Shown piece after piece: positions 19,368-28,167 of a stretch of DNA of 37,414 nucleotides. Source of the stretch: Candidatus Bathyarchaeia archaeon (lineage in GTDB: Archaea; Thermoproteota; Bathyarchaeia; Bathyarchaeales; Bathycorpusculaceae); contig JBBFKZ010000006.1 of NCBI GenBank assembly GCA_037481775.1, positions 42,787 to 80,200 on the forward strand, read 5' to 3'. The notes beneath the pieces were generated by a model. The model was not told where the DNA came from. It saw only the letters and a program-made list of their open reading frames with translations, and did not search any database. Position 1 is the stretch's first letter. Every line of letters begins with the position of its first letter. The translations under genes and the position numbers were made by a program.

Positions 19368-20132
19368 AAGCATAAGGCTGAAAAGCCAACAGTAAAAGGC
19401 GAAGAAATGTAATTTTTGACCAACCACAATTTTCCGGAGTAGGCTCAGCGCAAAATAGCCCACAACCATCGAAACGCCTACACCGACGAGAAGTTCTGGC
19501 CATTCTACACCCGCAAGCGCCAAGGCTGCATGCTGCTCGTAAAAGGTTAAGCCTAAAGCGCCGACTATGGCGGGAATCGAAAGCAGAAAGGAGAACTTAA
19601 AGGCTTTTTCGCGTTTGATGCCAAGCAGAAGCGCAACAGCAATTGTTAACCCGCTTCTGGATATTCCCGGGATTATGGCTATGCCCTGAGCTGTGCCTAT
19701 TGCCGCCGCCTCCAACAGGCTTATGCCGTCTTTTCTTTCTAGCCCAATTTTTGACGTGTAAAGCACCGCACCACAGACAATAAAGGCGCATGCTATCGGA
19801 AGTAGCTGGCTGAATGCCGCCTCGATGGCGCTGCCGAGAAATAGTCCTATCAAAACAGTAGGCACTGTTCCAACGATGATTGGTGGAATTAACTGGCCCT
19901 TTTCTGATTTAAAATCCATTCTTCCAAGCGCTGCAAGAAGCGCCTTTAAGTCCCTACGGAAAAAAAGCAACGTTACAATAAGTGTGCCCAAATGCAATAT
20001 ACCATCAAACAGTATGGGCACCCGCAAACCTGCGAGCTGCTCAGCTACGCGCAGGTGGCCCGTGCTTGATATTGGCAGCCACTCTGTTAAGCCTTGGATT
20101 ATGCCGAGCATCACTGTTTGCATCAGGTTCAT
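19341..20132 (-). CDS. uppP: Undecaprenyl/polyprenyl-diphosphate phosphatase (BacA family)
   Basis: QGLTEWLPISSTGHL, PGISRSG, FSFLLSIPA; multi-TM. Confidence 0.93.
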   Translation of the reverse strand: MNLMQTVMLGIIQGLTEWLPISSTGHLRVAEQLAGLRVPILFDGILHLGTLIVTLLFFRRDLKALLAALGRMDFKSEKGQLIPPIIVGTVPTVLIGLFLGSAIEAAFSQLLPIACAFIVCGAVLYTSKIGLERKDGISLLEAAAIGTAQGIAIIPGISRSGLTIAVALLLGIKREKAFKFSFLLSIPAIVGALGLTFYEQHAALALAGVEWPELLVGVGVSMVVGYFALSLLRKIVVGQKLHFFAFYCWLFSLMLLALSLGGF

Positions 20133-20277
20133 GTGCAGTCAGCTATTTCTCATTAGCACCTTTGAGATTTAAATCCGTAGGTTATTTTCACCAATATCAG
20201 CTTCGCACGAGCATAAAAGCTCGAAAGACCGTGGAAAATTTAGAAAAATTCATCTTATGACAGAGGGAATTTGCTTG

Positions 20278-21366
20278 TTATTGCGTTACCGAGTGGTACC
20301 AGCTGATTATGTACTCGGGGAGCTTCAAGCCTCTTTGACCCAGCCTTTCAGCTAATTTGACCGGCAGCGGGCTCAAAACATAGGCGGCACGCGTGTAGAA
20401 CCGCCTCGGCGTTCCAGGTTTGACTTCTTCTTCCAAGATTATTTGCAAGTCTGCCTTCTTAGCCAAGGTTGATTCCTTCTTGCCAGTTATGGCCAGCACA
20501 GTACCGTTAAATTTCTTCATCACTTCAGCCCAGTTTATGACGAGTTTCGTTTCGCCAGTGTAAGATAGCAAGATTTCAAGGTCGCCTGCTCTTGGATGCG
20601 GCGTATTTACGCCTCGTGTGACGTAGACGTTGTCACCTAGGAAGCTCTTGATGTGAAACAGCCGTATCCCCGTCATCTTGGCGATTTCGTTCGCAGTGCC
20701 TTTTCCGCCGATGAACACGTTGGTTCTTTTCTCCAGCAAGTCAACCAGTTGCGTGTAGGTTTCTGACTGCACATTAGAATCTATCATGGCGCCTACTTTT
20801 TCAAACTCCTCCTCGCAGAGCATGAACACGTCCTCTGCTTCTAGGTTTCTGAAAATAGCCTCAATCATCATGCATAAAAGCAGAAGCGTACCCAACTCGA
20901 ATATGTCGCCCATCATGCCTGTCTCGCTATACTCAAACGAGGGCTTGGATTTCCCGCGTCCCTTAACCTGCACCACGTAGCCATACTGCCGTGCTATCTG
21001 AGCTAACGGCGATTCTAAATTGGATGTCAATAAGCCAATTGTGAACTTGGAGGTTTTCTTCTCTTCAATATACCGTGCCAAATCTTGCGCCATCATCAAG
21101 GGATCATCAGAGTAGCCGCTGCCAGAATTTATCAGCAGCAACGTCTTCTTGTAGCGACGCTCAAGATCTGCCGCGGCGTCATACATGCTTTTTCCGGGGA
21201 ATCCCGGGTCATCAGGGGTTATTACCACCTTGTTTCTCCAGCCTAGCTGGCTGAGGGCAATTTGGCTCATAGCCGCGTTTAACGAGTGCAACGACCTGCC
21301 TGAGCCCGCGCAAACGACGCAGTCCGCTGCTTTCAGCGCTTCATACAATGGTGAAAGACTTTTCAC
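20278..21366 (-). CDS. Tandem SIS-domain sugar-phosphate isomerase-like protein (two PHI/HxlB-like domains)
   Basis: Domain 1: AGSGRS, SGSG, TSNLESPL, MGDIFE. Domain 2: GGKGTA, SYTGET, ITG..ESTLAKKAD. Frame stays open upstream to about 21480. Confidence 0.8.
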   Translation of the reverse strand: MKSLSPLYEALKAADCVVCAGSGRSLHSLNAAMSQIALSQLGWRNKVVITPDDPGFPGKSMYDAAADLERRYKKTLLLINSGSGYSDDPLMMAQDLARYIEEKKTSKFTIGLLTSNLESPLAQIARQYGYVVQVKGRGKSKPSFEYSETGMMGDIFELGTLLLLCMMIEAIFRNLEAEDVFMLCEEEFEKVGAMIDSNVQSETYTQLVDLLEKRTNVFIGGKGTANEIAKMTGIRLFHIKSFLGDNVYVTRGVNTPHPRAGDLEILLSYTGETKLVINWAEVMKKFNGTVLAITGKKESTLAKKADLQIILEEEVKPGTPRRFYTRAAYVLSPLPVKLAERLGQRGLKLPEYIISWYHSVTQ

Positions 21367-21636
21367 TGGAATGCTTAGTATGTTATCGCGGATTTTGTTT
21401 ACGTAGCCTATACTGCTGATTTTGCTTTTGATGGTAACGGCACCCAGCTTAACAAGTTCAGCTGCTCTTATATTACTTTTTATTCAAGTTCCCGCGTATT
21501 TGCTTAAAATATTCTTGCTTCGCTGAGCCGCTGCCTTTTAACCAGCGCTTTTCAAGCCGCATTTTATAGAACCTTTTCCAATTTTAACTACTAAATATTT
21601 ATATCAATTTGGCTCAATCAACCAGAGCATCGGTGA

Positions 21637-22278
21637 ATGCTAATGGCTCCACAAAACGAGCTTGGGCAATTCGAGTTTCTTAGAAAAACGGCTTTGGAAA
21701 AGGGGGCAGTTGACGCAAAACTAATTTCCACAGACAAAATAGTCATCGAAGACCGGGTGGTTCTGAAATGTAAAGTTGGCTGCCCAAATTATGGGAAAAC
21801 ATTAATGTGCCCGCCCTATACGCCTACTGCCGAAGAGTTCCGAAAAATAGTTAAAGAGTACCGCTACGCCCTATTCATGAAATTTAAATCATGCGCAACA
21901 GCCACTCCCGAATTATCAAAATACTTTTCCAAGGCTGAAACCGATCCCGCCATTCCGCCTGATATTAAAGAGAAATTGCAAAAGTTCTGGGCGGACTGGA
22001 AAGAGGACAAACTAAAAATTCTGTCTTTAGTGCTTGAGCTTGAAAAAGCAGCCATGAACAAAGGTTACCCGCTGGCGGTAGGGCTAATCTCGGGCTATTG
22101 CCAACTATGCGAAAAATGCACACTGGACAGAAGCACATGCCTTCACCCAAACAAAGCGAGGTACTCAGAAGACGCCGTGGGCGTAAACGTTAGAGCCACA
22201 GCGAAAAATGCGGGCATTGAGATAACGTTTCCCTTTGAAGAGAACCCAGAGACCTTTGCGTTGCTCCTTATAGACTGA
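21637..22278 (+). CDS. DUF2284 predicted metal-binding protein
   Basis: KC..GC.NYG..LMCPP, G.C.LC..C, C.HP..AR.S..A.GV.V..T. Confidence 0.88.
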   Translation: MLMAPQNELGQFEFLRKTALEKGAVDAKLISTDKIVIEDRVVLKCKVGCPNYGKTLMCPPYTPTAEEFRKIVKEYRYALFMKFKSCATATPELSKYFSKAETDPAIPPDIKEKLQKFWADWKEDKLKILSLVLELEKAAMNKGYPLAVGLISGYCQLCEKCTLDRSTCLHPNKARYSEDAVGVNVRATAKNAGIEITFPFEENPETFALLLID

Positions 22279-22280
22279 GC

Positions 22281-22895
22281 TTAAGCTTCGACAACTTCTA
22301 TTTTTACGTCATCGATGTAATACGTCATGCAGGTTTCCCACCGCACCGAAATGTCAACCGCAACCCATAAGTCGCCACTTGAATCCGTGTTCAAGGTTAA
22401 AGTGTAAACGTATTTTTTCCATCCAACTGCTTCATTAGCAGCACCCACGACAGCGAAATCTTCTTCAACAACGGGTTTAGTGGCGCCAGCGTATGCAACC
22501 ACCGCCGCGATGGTGTTAAAGCTTTCCTGCTCGCTGTAAAGCCAAAAAGATACGCCAACATGGATCTGCGTGTTCGTTTTCACGTTTATTTTTCTCTCCA
22601 GCCATATAGTGCCGTCGTCCTGAGTACCATCAATGAAAAACTCTGACGAGTACAAGCCTGATCTTGAAACGTTTGCCACTCGCCTTATGTGCCACTGCAC
22701 AGGATTTCCCGGCCCATTCGGATCTAGGGGAACCTGACCGTTTGCCGCCCACTCGCCAAGGTTGCCGTCTCCAGGTAGCTGCTCGAAATCCTCTGTCACA
22801 GCTATGCGTGATTGAAAAATGTACAATGCTTGAATAATACCCATGGATAGGGCGAGGGCGATTGCCAACGTACTAAAGATCCACATTTTATTCAT
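22281..22895 (-). CDS. Membrane-anchored or secreted beta-rich protein of unknown function
   Basis: N-terminal hydrophobic helix; Trp-rich beta-sandwich-like domain (EDFE, GWK.Y, YYIDDV.I). Confidence 0.7.
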   Translation of the reverse strand: MNKMWIFSTLAIALALSMGIIQALYIFQSRIAVTEDFEQLPGDGNLGEWAANGQVPLDPNGPGNPVQWHIRRVANVSRSGLYSSEFFIDGTQDDGTIWLERKINVKTNTQIHVGVSFWLYSEQESFNTIAAVVAYAGATKPVVEEDFAVVGAANEAVGWKKYVYTLTLNTDSSGDLWVAVDISVRWETCMTYYIDDVKIEVVEA

Positions 22896-23054
22896 GCCAT
22901 TGCCCCGCACTCAGAAATATGTGCCTTCTTAAGGTTATATTTCTATTTTTTAGAACACCCTGTTCTACTCTTTAGAACAGCCAGCTAAAGTTGAAGAATA
23001 AACAGATAAATATTTGAGGCTTCAAGATTAAGCCCTAACCAAGAGGCGTAACAA

Positions 23055-23327
23055 ATGAAACTGCTGCTTGACGAGATGTACGCGGGTTTGAAAGAATATT
23101 TTGAGACGCTCGGATACGAAGTTTTAACAGCGCAGGAGGTCGGCTTGCGTTCTGCAAAAGATAAGGACATAGTGGAGTATGCGGGTAAAAACGGCTTAAT
23201 TCTCGTGACACAAGACCAGAAGCCTGCAGAATTAGCGGAGCTAACAAGTGTGAAATACGTTCTAATCTCTAATGCTTTGATTGCTAAAATAGCAGATGAG
23301 AAAATAAGGGAAAAATATAAACAATAA
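23055..23327 (+). CDS. DUF5615/Mut7-C-type PIN-like domain protein
   Basis: MKLLLDEM, LGY.V, D.DI..YA, ILVT.D; GAGG SD upstream. Confidence 0.85.
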   Translation: MKLLLDEMYAGLKEYFETLGYEVLTAQEVGLRSAKDKDIVEYAGKNGLILVTQDQKPAELAELTSVKYVLISNALIAKIADEKIREKYKQ

Positions 23328-23360
23328 ATCCCTAAATCGCTAACCAAAATTCTCGCTGCA

Positions 23361-23507
23361 TTAATATGATTTTGATGTTAAGTACTGCGGAGCATATTTT
23401 TTGTAAACCCACAGTGGAAGCTGCTGCTTGGCATTTTTTGTTCTAATTATTGTTAATCGTGTCTTTTTTGGATCTACCATCAGTGCTCTCGCATGCCACT
23501 TTGCCAC
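23361..23507 (-). CDS. Possible small basic protein (39-48 aa), not in the ORF track
   Basis: (M)AKWHARALMVDPKKTRLTIIRTKNAKQQLPLWVYKKYAPQYLTSKSY; start GTG 23507 or ATG 23480. Confidence 0.3.
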   Translation of the reverse strand: MAKWHARALMVDPKKTRLTIIRTKNAKQQLPLWVYKKYAPQYLTSKSY

Positions 23508-23655
23508 TGCACATCCTTTCTTATGGAAAAGCTTCGTAGCATTGCTCTCCTTTCTTTACCTGCATCCTGAAAAGAAGTTTAAAAAAAGTATTTCAATATC
23601 AGAATATATCCTTCCAAAATTTGCGTACACAGCCGTCTAATGTCGCAATTTACGC

Positions 23656-24174
23656 TTACGCGAGGGATTTCACGTTTTTCAAGTATTTGTTCCAGAGATA
23701 GGCCGCGGCATATCCGGCAGAGATACCGCTACCTGCACCTAAAAACAACATAAGCGATGTCCACATCGCATCTATTGGAAGCCATTTGAATAGAAGGGAG
23801 CTTATGTAATAACTCAAGAATGCAATCAGCGCAGTGCTCAGTGCCATGGCGAGGACAACTCGGTTGCGGTTTACTTCTTCCGAATGGGCTGTAACTTTGA
23901 AGAGGAAAAAGGTTACGTCCACTAAAAAACCGAAAAGAAATGTGAAGAAAAAGGTCATCGGCCCCAAGGCTGGTCTTGCTAACGTCGCTAAAATGCCGCC
24001 GACAATACCAACGTAGGTGGCGCCCATCGATTTGATGAAGAATGCAGCTAAGGCCAGCAAGATTGCTTGAACAACTATTAACAGATTGTCCCATGGAGGG
24101 TTAAAGAAGACCTTTGTTACGAACAAGATGGAGCCGAAGAGCGCGATTATGAACAGTTGCTGCGCCTTTTGCAC
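23656..24174 (-). CDS. Integral membrane protein, ECF S-component-like
   Basis: 172 aa, about 5-6 TM helices, GAT.VG..GG.L and FG.LVD patterns; GAGGGG SD. Confidence 0.65.
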   Translation of the reverse strand: MQKAQQLFIIALFGSILFVTKVFFNPPWDNLLIVVQAILLALAAFFIKSMGATYVGIVGGILATLARPALGPMTFFFTFLFGFLVDVTFFLFKVTAHSEEVNRNRVVLAMALSTALIAFLSYYISSLLFKWLPIDAMWTSLMLFLGAGSGISAGYAAAYLWNKYLKNVKSLA

Positions 24175-24358
24175 ATTTACCCCCTCTTACCTTAAAGAGG
24201 GCATCTTTCCATTTTAAAAAGCTTAATGCCACAATACTAGGCAGTGCAGCAGACTGTTGATATTTTTAACGGAAATTATAAATTAGCAATCTACCATAAA
24301 GAGTAAACGTTTTAGTATTTGACGCATCTGTGTTTAAACGGTTAGATGGGGGAAAAGG

Positions 24359-25117
24359 ATGAGTACACACGCAGAAAATCTAAAGCTTCGTCTAATGACA
24401 ATCGAGCTTTTAAGAACTGCAAAGTACAAGCGAAACATCACTTATCGTGAATTAGCTTCCAAAACAGGCTTACCTGTCACGGTTTTAAGTAGGTACGCGA
24501 AAGGCCATGTTCTGCCAAACACTACCAGAGCTAAGCAGCTTTGGCGCGTACTGACAAAAATTGTTGGGCTAGAACCTGAACTGCGTAGCAGAATAAAATT
24601 CGACGAGACCGGATACTTCGATAACACCGAGATTATAGGTGATCACAACATACTCCAACAAGCTGCAAATTATGCTTTGGCAAACTTTGCTGGGAAGCGT
24701 GTGACGAAAATCTTAACGGCAGCTGTTGATGGAATCCCCTTAGCTACGATGGTTGGCAACGCCCTCAGCGTCAACCTTGTCGTAGCGAAGAGAAACAAAG
24801 AAGTCGGAGTGAAAGCTTTTCTGGAGGAAACTTATGTCCTCGGGAAAGATTCAGGAGTAACAATGACGCTGTATGTTCCTAAAGACGCGATTAAAAAACG
24901 CGACAGCGTCTTGATAGTTGACGACATGATCAAAAGTGGGGAAACGCAAGAAGCCTTAGTTAACCTTGTTAAGAAGGCACGAGCTGAAGTCTCAGGCGTC
25001 TTCGCGCTTATTGCTGTAGGTGAAGAATGGAAAAAAAGGCTAAAATTAGGTAATGACGCCCCAATTGAGGTAATAACTTCCTTGCACTCGCCCTCGGAAA
25101 TCGAAACCCGCACCTAA
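24359..25117 (+). CDS. HTH + phosphoribosyltransferase-domain protein (archaeal PurR-like regulator)
   Basis: TYRELASKTGLPVTVLSRY.KG.VLP HTH; ILTAAVDGIPLA; VLIVDDMIKSGET PRPP loop. Confidence 0.88.
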   Translation: MSTHAENLKLRLMTIELLRTAKYKRNITYRELASKTGLPVTVLSRYAKGHVLPNTTRAKQLWRVLTKIVGLEPELRSRIKFDETGYFDNTEIIGDHNILQQAANYALANFAGKRVTKILTAAVDGIPLATMVGNALSVNLVVAKRNKEVGVKAFLEETYVLGKDSGVTMTLYVPKDAIKKRDSVLIVDDMIKSGETQEALVNLVKKARAEVSGVFALIAVGEEWKKRLKLGNDAPIEVITSLHSPSEIETRT

Positions 25118-25168
25118 GCATTTTTGTTTAAAGCCATACGAAAACTCAAGGAAGCAGAGGTTGCCTAT

Positions 25169-26194
25169 ATGCGAACAATAGAATGGCAGGATGGAACTGT
25201 TATCACAATAGATCAGACCAAGCTGCCTAATGAAACAGTAATTTTGAAGATCAAAACAATTGAAGAAATGGCGGAGGCCATAAAAAACCTGCGAATTAGA
25301 GGCGCACCCTTGCTTGGTGCTGCTGCCGCCTTTGGCTTGGCCTTGACGGCTTTCCATTCAGAAGCAGCTAGCAGGGAAAAACTTCTCGAGGATTTGGAAA
25401 ACTCCGCGAAATTTCTAAAAAGCACAAGACCGACGGCTGTAAACCTCTTTTGGGCAGCAGACCGTATCCTAAGCAAGGCGCGGAGTTTTTCTGGCGCTCC
25501 TGAGGCGCTGCGGGCAATTGTGGTTCAAGAAGCAAAGCTGATAGCAGATGAAGACGCAGCTGCAAATCGGGCGATAGGTGAAAACGGCGCTGCTTTAATC
25601 AGCGACGGAGATGTAATCTTAACACACTGCAACGCAGGAGAGCTGGCCACGGTTGAATACGGCACCGCTCTCGGCGTCATACGTGCCGCGTGGAAGCAGG
25701 GAAAAAAGGTCAAAGTGATCGCCACAGAAACGCGGCCGCTACTGCAGGGTGCTAGGCTTACTGCTTATGAGCTTAAACGCGATGGCATACCCGCCACGTT
25801 GATAACGGATAACATGGTTGGCTACGTCATGTACAAACGCTTGGTAAACAAGGTTATAGTGGGCGCCGACCGCATAGTCCAGGACGCAGTAATTAACAAG
25901 ATCGGCACGTTTACCGTGGCGGTTTTAGCACATGAGCACGGAGTACCCTTCTATGTTGCAGCGCCAAAGTCCACGTTTGACTTAACACGCAAAGCATCCG
26001 ACGTCGTCATTGAAGAAAGAAGCGCCGAAGAAGTTACTCATTTTGGTTCTCAGCGGGTCGCCGCAAGAGGCGTAGACGTGCTTAACCCTGCTTTTGACAT
26101 TACACCGTTGAAGTATGTGTCAGCGATAGTTTCTGAAAGCCGCGTTTACCATCAAAAGGACTTTGCCAAGTTTAACACCGGAGCACTTTATTAG
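25169..26194 (+). CDS. mtnA: Methylthioribose-1-phosphate isomerase (MtnA/eIF2B family)
   Basis: IDQTKLP, IRGAP, TRPTAVNL, LTHCNAG.LAT..YGTALG, ETRP..QGARLT, GADRI, NKIGT, NPAFD.TP; ATG follows GAGGT. Confidence 0.9.
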   Translation: MRTIEWQDGTVITIDQTKLPNETVILKIKTIEEMAEAIKNLRIRGAPLLGAAAAFGLALTAFHSEAASREKLLEDLENSAKFLKSTRPTAVNLFWAADRILSKARSFSGAPEALRAIVVQEAKLIADEDAAANRAIGENGAALISDGDVILTHCNAGELATVEYGTALGVIRAAWKQGKKVKVIATETRPLLQGARLTAYELKRDGIPATLITDNMVGYVMYKRLVNKVIVGADRIVQDAVINKIGTFTVAVLAHEHGVPFYVAAPKSTFDLTRKASDVVIEERSAEEVTHFGSQRVAARGVDVLNPAFDITPLKYVSAIVSESRVYHQKDFAKFNTGALY

Positions 26195-26299
26195 GTCACA
26201 TTGCATCTTAGGCGCATTAGCGTATTCATGTTCCGTATTGTATAAAAGGAGAAAAGTGTAACGTAAAGACTTAGGTTAAGCTAATACAGTTGATAATCG

Positions 26300-26854
26300 A
26301 TGAGCGATAAAGTAAAAGACACCGTGGTTTCAGAAATTAAATCCACCGGAGTGCTAACTAAACAAGGGGTTAGAATAACTGAAAAAAGCAGCATTGATGC
26401 GCTTTCTCAACGTGGCTACGGCACCGTCGAAAATGACACGCTTGTGCTTGCGTTCTACGAGGCGCTTTACCTTATGGATAAGGGTTTGCTGGAAGTGAAA
26501 AGCGAAAAGGATGCACCAATGGATTTTCAAGCTGTCTTACATCGTTACGAGAAAGTAGACGCGAATGCGTGGGTTAACTATCTGATTTACAGGGATCTGC
26601 GTAGCAGAGGCTACGTGGTCCGCGAAGGCTTTGGCGCTGGCACGGAATTCCGAATGTATGAGCGAGGCGCGTATGGTAAGGACTCTGCTGCCTACTTAGT
26701 GTTGGGCATTCAAGAGGGCAAGCCGCTGCCGATCAAGGACTTGGCAAATGCGCTGCAACACTGCCAAAGCCAGAAGAAGGAACTAATCTTAGCTGTTATG
26801 AACCGAAGAGGCGAAATAGTTTACTACTCAGTCTCACAATTAACCTTCAAATAA
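26300..26854 (+). CDS. endA: tRNA splicing endonuclease, probable structural (beta) subunit
   Basis: EALYL, Y.DLR.RGY.V, FR.Y.RG, KKELILA, GEIVYY; catalytic His and the GLK(Y/F)G motif are missing. Confidence 0.82.
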   Translation: MSDKVKDTVVSEIKSTGVLTKQGVRITEKSSIDALSQRGYGTVENDTLVLAFYEALYLMDKGLLEVKSEKDAPMDFQAVLHRYEKVDANAWVNYLIYRDLRSRGYVVREGFGAGTEFRMYERGAYGKDSAAYLVLGIQEGKPLPIKDLANALQHCQSQKKELILAVMNRRGEIVYYSVSQLTFK

Positions 26855-26869
26855 CCAAGTGAGCCTGTT

Positions 26870-28144
26870 ATGCCGACGTTCCAACCTGTCCGCGGGATGC
26901 GAGATTTACTTCCTGAAGATGCAGCGATGCTGAACAACGTTATAGCAAAAACAAGGAAAACCGCAAAGCTCTATGGGTACAGAGAAGTGATAACACCCGT
27001 TGTTGAGCCGTATGAGCTTTTGGCCGCCAAGTCCGGCGAGGAAATCCGCCAGCGCATGTTCACCTTCAAAGATCTTGGCGACCGCATGGTGGCACTGCGT
27101 CCAGAATTCACCGCTTCCATAGCAAGGTTAGCCACAACCGCCTTGCGAAACGAGCCTAAACCGCTGAGGCTTTTCAGCGTTGGCAGCGTTTACCGTTATG
27201 ATGAGCCACAACGCGGGCGCTACCGCGAGTTTTGGCAGGCAAACTTTGAGCTTATTGGTTCAAGCACACCTGAAGCTGACGCCGAAATTCTAACACTCAC
27301 TAACAATGTAATGAAAATGTTGGGCTTACGTGGCTACTTCTTCAAAATAGGGCATGTTGGCGTATTAAGAGGTATTCTAAGCCAAGAAGGCGCGGATGAG
27401 AAAGTTCAAAACGCAATTTTGCAGCGCATGGACAAGAAGGAGTATGATGAAGCATTCAAGCTTATAGCGCCGGAGAAGTGCAGAAAAGTTCTGCAAGGAC
27501 TATTAGAGCTAAAAGGCGAAACGCCGCTTAAAGCGGTTGAGAAAATACGGCAATACGTTGCAGACTACGAGAAAGCGGAAGCGGCAGTGGACAACCTAAA
27601 GGAAATTCTGCAGCTAGTCACCTCAAGCGGATGCCCCATTGGAACCGTAGACGCCGCGTTCGCCAGAGGTCTTGAATATTACACGGGCATGATTTTTGAA
27701 GTTAATATTCCAGAACTTGACATCGCTTTAGGCGGCGGTGGACGATATGACCGGCTTATTGAAGTCTTTGGAGGCGAACCGACGCCCGCCGTTGGTGTTG
27801 CTCATGGCTTAGACCGAATAGTTCTGGCAATGCAGATGCAAAAGATTAGCGCGTCAAGCAGGCAGGAGAAAACTGCCGTGGTGATTCCTGTTAAGCAGGA
27901 GCTGAAAGTTGAAGCGTTAAAGCTTGCGCAGTTTCTCAGAGAGGCAGGTGTGTCAGTGGAGTTTGAGGTCATGGGGCGGAAAATGGCTAAGGCGCTGGAG
28001 GATGCTGACAAGCGGAAAGTTGACTACGCGGTTATAGTGGGAGAGCGGGAGCTTAAAGAGGGCACGGTGGTTCTGCGGGATTTGGCAAAACGTGAGCAGA
28101 TAACTGTTGAAATTGCCAAGTTGCCTGAAAAAATTAAGGGTTAA
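26870..28144 (+). CDS. hisS: Histidine-tRNA ligase
   Basis: RGMRD, LRPEFT, RYDEPQRGRYREFWQ, RGLEYYTG, GGGRYD, anticodon-binding domain. Confidence 0.98.
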   Translation: MPTFQPVRGMRDLLPEDAAMLNNVIAKTRKTAKLYGYREVITPVVEPYELLAAKSGEEIRQRMFTFKDLGDRMVALRPEFTASIARLATTALRNEPKPLRLFSVGSVYRYDEPQRGRYREFWQANFELIGSSTPEADAEILTLTNNVMKMLGLRGYFFKIGHVGVLRGILSQEGADEKVQNAILQRMDKKEYDEAFKLIAPEKCRKVLQGLLELKGETPLKAVEKIRQYVADYEKAEAAVDNLKEILQLVTSSGCPIGTVDAAFARGLEYYTGMIFEVNIPELDIALGGGGRYDRLIEVFGGEPTPAVGVAHGLDRIVLAMQMQKISASSRQEKTAVVIPVKQELKVEALKLAQFLREAGVSVEFEVMGRKMAKALEDADKRKVDYAVIVGERELKEGTVVLRDLAKREQITVEIAKLPEKIKG

Positions 28145-28167
28145 AAAAATGAAGGCAGCTGCTAATT

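Noticed and set aside
22985-23640. ORFs 22985-23347(-), 23035-23247(-) and 23428-23640(+)
   Set aside because: They are antisense to the PIN gene or low-complexity translations of AT-rich DNA, with no recognisable features.
24301-24316. GAGTAAACGTTTTAGT resembling the E. coli PurR box
   Set aside because: That box belongs to a LacI-family protein unrelated to the HTH-PRTase here, and no copy was seen at the pur promoters.
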